52,965 nt of DNA, taken from positions 1-52,965 of the forward strand of contig NIVC01004254.1 of NCBI GenBank assembly GCA_002269645.1. Direction: 5' to 3'. Each line of letters opens with the position of its first letter. Within the stretch, counting starts at the first letter, position 1. The position numbers and the translations under genes were made by a program. Below are positions 1-9,385 of this stretch, in pieces. The notes beneath the pieces were generated by a model, which ran no database searches, was not told where the DNA came from, and was given only the letters and a program-made list of their open reading frames with translations. The stretch is from Macrostomum lignano (lineage: Eukaryota).

Positions 1-264
1 GGAGCTGGCCTACTGGGGCATCGACGAGAAGCAGATGGAGTCCTGCTGCTGGACCACCTACCGGACCCACCGGGACGCGCAGGAGACCCTCGCTGAGCTG
101 AACGGCGGCGAACTGTCTGACGATGACGACGACGACGGTGAGAATGACACGGCGAAGAAGTTCGGCATCGAAGAGGCCGCCGCGCCTGAGCTCACCTGGT
201 GGCAGCGCTGCCGGCCCAGGCCTGGGCCTGGCTGGAGGGGCAGGGAGTCGGAGTGCCCGGGAAG
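1..264 (+). CDS. Shaw: Shaw/Kv3 K+ channel, exon with end of T1 domain and T1-S1 linker (partial; apparent 1-nt frameshift near 221)
   Basis: Frame 2 reads [33 protein letters not shown], matching the Shaw/KCNC T1 end motif (ELxFWG...EPCCWxTYxxHRD). After WWQRCRPR a -1 shift gives [14 protein letters not shown] ending at donor AAG|GTGAGA (265), phase 0, which fits the next exon. Confidence 0.9.
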
Positions 265-269
265 GTGAG

Positions 270-618
270 ACTGACTGACTGACTGACTGACTGACTGACT
301 GACTGACTGACTGACTGACTGACTGACTGATGACTGACTGACTGACTGACTGACTGACTGACTGACTGACTGACTGACTGACTGACTGACTGACTGACTG
401 ACTGACTGACTGACTGACTGACTGACTGACTGACTGACTGACTGACTGACTGACTGACTGACTGACTGACTGACTGACTGACTGACTGACTGACTGACTG
501 ACTGACTGACTGACTGACTGACTGACTGACTGACTGACTGACTGATGACTGACTGACTGACTGACTGACTGACTGACTGACTGACTGACTGACTGACTGA
601 CTGACTGACTGACTGACT
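270..618. repeat. (GACT)n microsatellite
   Basis: Near-perfect tetranucleotide array starting just after the exon donor. Confidence 0.98.
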
Positions 619-2387
619 AATCTATTGCATGAACACTATGGCACTTTGGCTCAGACAACGGTGCAGCACTAAGTTTTGTGCAGTTGTTGACACGAACATG
701 CGAACAGCAGTTGTGAAGGGAAATAACATTTTAGCTCTGATGAAGTTAATCCCTGCAATTTATCTTCACGTTCTAGGTGGGGGGACGTTGGCATTCCTTT
801 CATTGAGATTTTGCGCGTGTCAATGTTGTTTACTTTGTCAGCAGTGCTATTGCAGTAGTGAGTCAACGACAACAGTATCTGCCATCTCCGCGCGGAGTGG
901 AATGGGGCTAGGAACAACTGTCAAACAAAGGTCGACGCGTGCGTCCGGAGTGTGTCCGGCCCCGCCACTCCGGGCTTGCAGCGGGGTGGAACAGGTCGCG
1001 GACGACCCAAAAGGCGCCGCGAAAATTGGGATAAAAGAAGCGTTTGCATTATGCATGCCAAGGAGATCCTCGGTGGTTGAGTCTGTTTTAGAGCAAAAAA
1101 ACTCTCTAGCTGGGTCCGTCTTTATCCGCCGCAGGAGCTGGCAGGGGCGGCCCCAGGAGGAGGCGAAGGCGTGGCCTGAGCGGGATATTTTTATACGGGC
1201 GGATCCGGGAAGAGAAGGAGCTGCTGATGACGAGAAGCGGAAGCTGACAGTGAATTGAGGAACTGGGTTGCAGGGGGCGGTGGGGGCTGAAGCCTCTCAG
1301 TAGGCAGAGAAACCTGACACACACCTCCGCCTCATCATCCATTCTAGAGGCTGAACTGTCCAACTCCGTGGGTGACTGGGTCCTGAGTAGCAACTGATGT
1401 CCAAAATTCCCATGGATAAGCTGAAAACGAGGGATTTTTTCTGAGAAAAAAGCACCAAAGATTTGCCGGTGTTTCTTGTTCAGCTGCCACATTTCGCTAG
1501 TGGTGGCGGCGAGGTCTGCCATTTGCTTTACTTTGAAGCAGTCTTCTATGAGTAAAAACTTGACTAATTAATCTTTACCTGCCGACGACAGGCCTTCGAC
1601 TTGAAGCTTGAAGCTAAAGAAAAAAATGGTTGAAAATTGAAAAATTTACAGACTATAGAAACAAATTGTTAGAATTGTGGCTTCCGCAACGGAAACAGAG
1701 TATTGCGGCTAGCCGACAGAGGGGCGCAGAAGGGCATCAAGGAAGTTAAAGAAAAGCGAAAGAAAGCAGAAAAATTCGATTTTTTTCGGTTTCTACAGCG
1801 CCGGATGCCTGGGCTGGAAAAGTTAGCTGAAGTGAATTCTGTCGAGAATGAAGCAACACAAACGGCAAGTAATCGTCTACCTGGCCCTTGCGCGTCTCTG
1901 CTATGCAGATTCAGCCTCTCGTGTTGCATTCCACCCCCCCCTTGTGCAGCATGGCCAGTCAGATTGGGGTTGACATATTCGTCTGAAGTCAATGCGCAGT
2001 GTCTGTCATCCGCGGTGCATGAGGCGAACTGCACTGCAATGCTAACTGAGGCACACTTGACTGCAGTTGATGCAAGCCATTTGTGGCAAGCCGGGTCTGA
2101 TTTTAATCACTATATGGGATGTGAAGTGCTGCTGTTGCCGGGGACAGACATTCAACCCTTAAGTATAGGCAGAACAATGCCCTTGAGGCCTGTTCACACA
2201 GCCATTAAACCACGCGGCTGATGTACGAGTTGAAGACAACGGAACATCATGGCTGCTTTACAGAGTGTACGTGCCCGACGATTAGATTGCAGCGCTGGTT
2301 TCGGAACGATGTCGCATGAAGGCATTGCGCCCGCAGCATTCCTGCAGTTATTATTGTCATAGTTAAACTTTCGCAACTCGCTTCCAG

Positions 2388-2555
2388 ATTCTGGCAACAG
2401 TGTCCGTCCTGTTCATCCTGGCGTCCATTGTCATTTTTATGGTGGAAACCCTGCCGAGTGTGCGAACAGTTCGACCAGAATCGAATGTGAGCAACTGCAC
2501 GGGACTGACTGTGTCGGATTGTCTCAGGCAGACTACCCCTCACGCGGCTATACAG
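2388..2555 (+). CDS. Shaw: Shaw/Kv3 exon: S1 and S1-S2 loop
   Basis: Acceptor CTTCCAG|, donor CAG|GTAATC, 168 nt, phase 0-0. Reads ILATVSVLFILASIVIFMVETLP...NVSNCTG..PHAAIQ. Confidence 0.9.
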
Positions 2556-2635
2556 GTAATCATGTTTGTGAATAGTATGCAGTACCGTATGCTCATTGTG
2601 TTTTTGCTATTTCAGACGTGATAAAATTGCTTCGA

Positions 2636-3160
2636 ATGGCCCTCTCTATCCGGCCCTCTCTAAAGAGCCTCTCTATCCGGCCCTCTCTAAAGAGCCTCTC
2701 TATCCGGCCCTCTCTAAAGAGCCTCTCTATCCGGCCCTCTCTAAAGAGCCTCTCTATCCGGCCCTCTCTAAAGAGCCTCTCTATCCGGCCCTCTCTAAAG
2801 AGCCTCTCTATCCGGCCCTCTCTAAAAAGCCTCTCTATCCGGCCCTCTCTAAAGAGCCTCTCTATCCGGCCCTCTCTATCCGGCCCTCTCTATCCGGCCC
2901 TCTCTAAAGAGCCTCTCTATCCGGCCTTCTCTAAAAAGCCTCTCTATCCGGCCCTCTCTAAAGAGCCTCTCTATCCGGCCCTCTCTAAGGAGCCTCTCTA
3001 TCCGGTCCTCTCTAAGGAGCCTCTCTATCCGGCCCTCTCTAAAGAGCCTCTCTATCCGGCCCTTTCTAAAGAGCCTCTCTAAGAGCCTATCCGGCCCTCT
3101 CTATCCGGCCATCTCTATCCGGCCCTCTCTAAAGAGCCTCTCTAAGAGTCTATCCGGCCC
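2636..3160. repeat. 27-bp minisatellite (CCCTCTCTAAAGAGCCTCTCTATCCGG)
   Basis: Direct tandem copies; the ORF track shows a 9-aa period. Confidence 0.95.
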
Positions 3161-3538
3161 TCGGGGTCTTTTGAAACTTCACTATAGCGATCAGGCCCGC
3201 TCAATGTTTACGAGCTATATCTCTCTTCTCAGCGCTCTTCTGTCTAATCTCCTCTCTACTCTCTTCCTCTCTCCTCTCCTTTTCTTTCCTCCCTTCTCCT
3301 CTCGTCTCCGCTCCTCTCTCCTCTTATCCTCATCGATCTCTATCCTCTCTTCTCTCTCCTCCTCTCTCCTCCTCTCCTCTCTCCTCTTCTCTCCACTCCT
3401 CTCTTCTCCTTTATTCTCTCGCCTCTTATCTCCCTTCTCTCTTATTTATTCCATCTCCTCTCTCCCCTCCTCCAGCCCGCAGTCATTATCTAAGTTCTCT
3501 ATCTGGCCCTTGAGGTAAAAAAGTTTGCCAACCCCTTG
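3161..3538. mobile_element. Degenerate hAT-type MITE
   Basis: Right end reverse complement CAAGGGGTTGGCAAACTTTTTT..AAGGGCCAGAT and left end CGGGGTCTTTTGAAACT..GGCCCGC enclose a CT-rich tract. A related end lies at 42071. No TSD. Confidence 0.4.
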
Positions 3539-4036
3539 CTTAAAGTCTTCAAGCACTTGTACTTTTGTGCAAGATGCAATGGGTACAGATGTCGTGAGCT
3601 GAGCTGTATACTCATTTCGCTGATCACTGAGCACTCACACGAATAAGTGCTCAGACTCACAACTCACACAGTGTACTGTTTTTGTATCATTGCCAGGCAG
3701 TGTAGGCGAGATCTGTGCGTTCCGCAATAATCCCCAAGACCAATTTCTTTGCAAAAGAACCAAGTGTAATGTGCTGCGATCGAGAGTCAGTCTGAGCATA
3801 CTCCTGCATTAAAATGAAGCAACTATGAGATTTGTGAAGCAGACACAATAAATTTGTCCAGGATTCGGGACACCGTTGCCCAGCACGCAGCAATTTTACC
3901 TGTTAATACCCTGGTATTGCGCCGAGCTTGCACTTATGCAGAGGCTACTCCTGATCCTGTTTCCGAAGCTAAACAATGTCATGCACGATTAGTGACCAGG
4001 ATGCCATAAACTTATTAGGATCCTTAACAAGGTTAC

Positions 4037-4137
4037 CTCAATTACGTACCCAGCTAATGCTGGCACCCATTTTACAGCTGGGGGAACTGAAGCAACGCAT
4101 AACCTTTAAGTGTCTTGCTCAAGGACACATATTGTTC
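4037..4137 (-). mobile_element. CORE-SINE-like fragment (copy 1)
   Basis: CCCATTTTACAGCTGGGGGAACTGAAGC..TTAAGTGTCTTGCTCAAGGACACA resembles the MIR CORE consensus and is shared with 47317-47410. Confidence 0.6.
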
Positions 4138-4329
4138 AGATTCCAAGTGGAGTCACATTAATTTGGGGCTGAATTGGAATCTCGGCTTGGCTCTGCTCGT
4201 GCAATTAACGGCCTTGAGAGCCAACCACCCAAGGCGCAGTGAAGTGTACATGCCTAACGATAAAATAAAGTTAGGGCCTCTGTACACTCCTGTGCATTTG
4301 CCTGGCATATGCATTTAGTAAAACAGCTT

Positions 4330-4660
4330 TCTACTTTCAGTTCAGTAGCAAAGAAGAATACATAAGCTGGCAGCTGAAATGACTTTGATAAGTTTAGACG
4401 CCCAATCTCGCATTCGTAAACAACTTGCTAACTGGTTCAGCCATAATGTACATTGGCCAATCCAACTGAAATGTACATGGCAGCTTTAGGCTGGAATTCC
4501 GTGAAAAGCAATAAAAATTGGGGCGGGGCGGGGGGTGGGTAGTGTGGAAAGGCGCGATTGGAGGGTTCAAGCTGGGGGTTGAGCCAATAAAATTAGCCTT
4601 AGCTTTAAAAATACGTTTAAACGCTACTTCAGTTTAACTTGCTACTGAACTGAAAGTAGA
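4330..4660. mobile_element. 331-bp MITE with perfect 22-bp terminal inverted repeats
   Basis: TCTACTTTCAGTTCAGTAGCAA (4330-4351) is the exact reverse complement of 4639-4660. Confidence 0.7.
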
Positions 4661-4776
4661 TTGCATGGAAATGTGCTGAATGGCCCATCTAGCTATTCTA
4701 ATACCTGTGCCTAGACCCAAAAATTTATAATTAAGGCCAATGCCTAATACAATACCCACCAACGCCTTTACTGCAG

Positions 4777-5248
4777 GTATTCGACATAGTCATAACGTTC
4801 TACTTCACTCTGGAGCTGCTCGCTCGAATACTGTTCTGCCCGCAAAAGGGAGAATTTTTCAAATCGGTGCTCAACTGGATCGACATCGTTGCCGTGTTTA
4901 CGGCCTACGTGTCCTATGTCGTATTTTACGCAATGCCGCCCGACTCAACGGTGGTCGCACTGCAGATACTGAAAGTGCCCAGAATATTTCGCATCTTCAA
5001 ACTGACCAGACACTTCTCCGGATTGAAAATCCTTGTGCACACGATGAAGGCCTCCTCCAGAGAGCTGATGCTCTTGGCTATAGTCTTTGCCATATTTGTC
5101 ATTCTGTGTGGAACTGCCGTGTTCATCTGCGAGCAGTTCGTTGAGACGCACGCCAACGAGTTCACTACCATACCCATCGGCTTCTGGTGGGCTCTGGTCA
5201 CCATGACAACGCTTGGATACGGAGACGTTGTGCCTAAATCACTGCCAG
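4777..5248 (+). CDS. Shaw: Shaw/Kv3 exon: S2-S5, pore helix and selectivity filter
   Basis: CTGCAG| ... CCAG|GTTCGG. Contains FTLELLARILFCP, LNWIDIVA, PRIFRIFKLTRHFSGLKIL and IPIGFWWALVTMTTLGYGDVVPK. Phase 0-1. Confidence 0.95.
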
Positions 5249-5339
5249 GTTCGGCTGGGGGTTGAATTTTACAGTTTCATTGTAACAGCCCACAAATGAT
5301 TACAGGTGATTCTGCCACCCTAAGAGTTCAACCACTCGT

Positions 5340-5900
5340 GCCTCTACCCCATGCCTCCACCCCCATGCCTCTGCCCCCACGTCTCTACCCCACGTCTCTA
5401 CCCCCACGTCTCTACCCCCACGTCTCTGCCCCCACGTCTCTGCCCCCACGTCTCTGCCCCCACGCCTCTGCCCCCACGTCTCTACCCCCACGTCTCTGCC
5501 CCCACGCCTCTGCCCCCACGTCTCTACCCCACGTCTCTGCCCCCACGTCTCTACCCCCACGTCTCTGCCCCCACGTCTCTACCCAATGCCTCTACCCCCA
5601 CGCCTCTACCCCAATGCCTCTGCCCCCACGTCTCTACCCCCACGCCTACTCTACCCTAATGCTTCTACCCCAATGCCTCTACCCCAATGCCTCTACCCCA
5701 ATGCCTCTACCCCAATGCCTCTACCCAATGCCTCTACCCCAATGCCTCTACCCCAATGCCTCTACCCCAATGCCTCTACCCCAATGCCTCTACCCCAATG
5801 CCTCTACCCCAATGCCTCTACCCAATGCCTCTACCCCAATGCCTCTACCCCAATGCCTCTACCCCAATGCCTCTACTCCAACGCCTCTACCCCAATGCAT
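5340..5900. repeat. 13-15-bp C-rich minisatellite (CCCACGTCTCTAC / CCCAATGCCTCTAC)
   Basis: Tandem units with the variant changing from left to right. Confidence 0.9.
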
Positions 5901-6608
5901 ATACCATTTATTCGGTCGACATTAGGTCGATTTTATCTCATGAAAGTTGAGCTTGAAGTACAGAAGCTATCTGGAAAATGTTTGCCATTGTATTGGTATC
6001 GCAGACTCACTATATATGCTTACTTATTAAAAATTGTCGTCTTAAAACAGTCAACAGCCGTCGAGCAATCCTCACCTCACGATAGGTCACTCACTAGAAA
6101 TGCGATTCACTGATTCAATCTTGAAGAAGCTCACAAATTTAATTACAGTTGAATCAGCGACTCGGTTTCCGGGTAGACGGGAGAATTACTCGAATTTCTC
6201 GGCCGAGCTGTCAGGATTTGAATTGAAAATGCTCCCGATTGCGTGTCCGTGACCCTGCCCGGTGGCAGATCCTGTGAAAGGGGGAAGGCTTGACGCCGGA
6301 TTAAAAAGTTTTTGAAGTACAATTTGTACTTTCTTAATCAAAGTCCATGCGCTAGGCAGCTGTCTATAGCATTATCCGGGACAGACAGACAGGCGTGTTA
6401 AATAATCCTAACGGCACTTTGCTTCAGTTGAATCAGCGGCTGAGACAATTTTAGGCAAAGAAATCTGAAAGCAGATAAAAATAAGATTTTTCAATTTGTA
6501 TTTTACTGACAGATTATTTTAAGCCGCAGAGGCTGGAACTTAACTTTTGAATAATTTTCGGGCATTGGTGGATTGAGCATTGGGCATTTGTCGCCGAAAG
6601 GGGTCCCC

Positions 6609-7273
6609 ATCACAAACCCGAAATAGCATAAAAACCCGAAATAGCATAAAAACCCGAAATAGCATAAAAACCCGAAATAGCATAAAAACCCGAAATAGCA
6701 TAAAAACCCGAAATAGCATAAAAACCCGAAATAGCATAAAAACCCGAAATAGCATAAAAACCCGAAATAGCATAAAAACCCGAAATATCATAAACCCGAA
6801 ATATCACAAACCCGAAATATCATAAACCCGAAATATCATAAACCCGAAATATCACAAACCCGAAATATCAAACTCGAAATATCATAAAAACCCGAAATAT
6901 CATAAACCCGAAATATCATAAACCCGAAATATCACAAACCCGAAATATCAAACTCGAAATATCATAAAAACCCGAAATATCATAAACCCGAAATATCATA
7001 AACCCGAAATATCACAAACCCGAAATATCATAAACCCGAAATATCACAAAAACCCGAAATATCACAAACCCGAAATATCACAACTCCGAAATATCACAAA
7101 CCCGAAATATCACAGACTAGAAATATCATAAACCCAAAACATTACAAACCCATGAAGTGTCACAAACAAGGACAAACAAGGTTGTTAAGTAGTCCTTGGT
7201 CACAAACCCGAAATATCATAAGCCCGAATTATCACAAATATTTCGGGTTTTTGTGATATTTCGGGTTTGTGAT
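6609..7273. mobile_element. Foldback-like element whose left arm is expanded into a 16-18-bp minisatellite
   Basis: Perfect 17-bp inverted ends ATCACAAACCCGAAATA (6609-6625 and 7257-7273). Dozens of direct AAACCCGAAATA units on the left versus two inverted units on the right. Confidence 0.65.
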
Positions 7274-7348
7274 CCCCCTCCGCCGAAGGCTCTGCGCCAC
7301 AGGGTTGTCAACCAGGAGTAAATTTCAAGCCGACCGAACACACCGCAG

Positions 7349-7648
7349 GCTATCTGGTCGGAGGCGTCTGTGCCATCAGCGGCGTGTTGGTCATCGCCCT
7401 GCCGGTGCCCATCATCGTGAACAACTTCGCCCTGTACTACACCCACGCGCAGGCGCGGCTCAAGCTGCCTAAACGAAAGAAGCGCGTTTTGGTTGGCGCA
7501 CCAGACGCGCTGAAGCAGACAGTCGGCTCGCTGTCCGAAGTTGGCGACGACTTCATCCCCGGATTCGGCGGCGGCGACTACAGCGAGAGCGACGACACCG
7601 AAGACTCGTCGGCGGAGGATGCGGCAGCAAGTCAAGACGAGAAGCTCA
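7349..7648 (+). CDS. Shaw: Shaw/Kv3 exon: S6 and proximal C-terminus
   Basis: CCGCAG| ... CTCA|GTGAGT, phase 1-1. Reads [31 protein letters not shown]...[12 protein letters not shown] (PVP gate motif and Shaw-type KLPKxKxRVL). Confidence 0.95.
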
Positions 7649-7755
7649 GTGAGTGCCGTCATAAAATTTCAAGCATTCTGTGAGCGCCCTGGCAATGAGT
7701 CAGAGCTGCTGCGCATGTACACCCTTTTAAGGGCCTTTTAAAGGTAATTTTTAGA

Positions 7756-8042
7756 GGCCAATTTCCTGGAAAAATGCACTGCGAACGTAAACTCAAGATC
7801 GTTTAATTTTTTAAAGGCCAATTTCCTGGAAAAATGCACTGCGAACGTAAACTCAAGATCGTGTAATTTTTTAAAGGCCAATTTCCTGGAAAAATGCACT
7901 GCAGACGTAAACTCAAGATCGTGTAAGTTTTTAAAGGCCAATTTCCTGGAAAAATGCACTGCGGACGTAAACTCAAGATCGTGTAATTTTTTGAAGGCCT
8001 CTTTCCTGGAAAAAATGCACTGCGGACGTAAACTCAAGATCT
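7756..8042. repeat. 60-bp tandem repeat, about 5 copies
   Basis: AGGCCAATTTCCTGGAAAAATGCACTGC..CGTAAACTCAAGATC recurs at 60-nt intervals. Confidence 0.95.
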
Positions 8043-8458
8043 CAAGTTCATACACACATGCATACGCAGTCAGTGCATAGATAGAACCTTGGGATTATGT
8101 AGTAAAAAGATAACAACATGAAAATGAAACTGTCACTACACAGCTATAAAAATATACCATAGTAACATGCTAGCTGTGTGTGCTAAGTTAAAATAATGGT
8201 AATCTTCACAATTGCGGAAATGTAACTCAAAAAAGGGGGTTGAGACTTTCCAACTGGACACGTTCACGTATTTTAGTCAATTGATGCGTACTTGAAAGAC
8301 AGAAACAGCTGTGGGGCTGGGGTGAGGATGTTAGACACATTGACGCGAAGTCGTGCAAATGAATGCCGGGTTTCGTTTCAAATTCATTAGCGAGACAAAA
8401 GTTTTCAAGTTATTTTTAGACAAAACTGACTTTTTAAAACTCGATGCTTTTCACCCAG

Positions 8459-8563
8459 GGACCAACGGCTCGGCCCCCGAGACGCCTCCAGGCATCACCG
8501 TAGAGTTTATGGATGTCCAGTCCAGCAGCAAGAAGTCCCTGCGGAGTTCGCTGGCTGTTCCAG
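8459..8563 (+). CDS. Shaw: Shaw/Kv3 C-terminal exon
   Basis: TTTTCACCCAG| ... CCAG|GTAAAT, 105 nt, phase 1-1, open frame RTNGSAPETPPGITVEFMDVQSSSKKSLRSSLAVP. Confidence 0.7.
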
Positions 8564-8673
8564 GTAAATTGACTTAGGTATAATTAATGTCTAATTAATA
8601 TTCATTATTTTTGATGAGCATTTAAAGTCTACTTCAGAGGGACGAAATTTTTATAGCAGTTCTGAAGATGCTG

Positions 8674-9275
8674 ATTAAGACCTGATGATTATTGATTTAG
8701 AGCCTGAAGGTGACTGATTGAGACCTGAAGGTTATTGATTCAGACCTGAAGGTCATTGATTCAGACCTGAGGGTTATAGATTCAGACCTGAAGGTCATTG
8801 ATTCAGACCTGAGGGTTATAGATTCAGACCTGAAGGTCATTGATTCAGACCTGAGGGTTATAGATTCAGACCTGAAGGTCATTGATTCAGACCTGAGGGT
8901 TATAGATTCAGACCTCAAGGTCATTGATTCAGACCTGAGGGTTATAGATTCAGACCTGAAGGTTGTTCATTTAGACCTGAAGGTTATTCATTTAGACCTG
9001 AAGGTTATTCATTCAGACCTGAGGGTTATAGATTCAGACCTGAAGGTTGTTCATTTAGACCTGAAGGTTATTCATTTAGATCTGAAGGTTACTGATTCAG
9101 ACCTGAAGGTCATTGATTCAGACCTGAAGGTCATTGATTGAGACCTGAGGGTTGTTCATTTAGACCTAAAAGTTATTGATTTAGACTTGAAGGTCATTGA
9201 GTCAGACCTGAAGGTCATTGAGTTAGACCTGAAGGTTATTACTTTCGACCTGAAAGTGTCGATTTGAATCTGAAG
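8674..9275. repeat. 21-bp minisatellite (GATTCAGACCTGAAGGTCATT), partly a 42-bp dimer
   Basis: Tandem copies with alternating variants. Confidence 0.9.
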
Positions 9276-9385
9276 GCACCCACTTATGCCTTAAAAAGTT
9301 TTCCATTAGAGAATTGCCTTTAAGAACCTCTTTTGTCAAAATTTCCTCATCAAAACGTAATTAGCAATTGACTTGACTTCACAAG

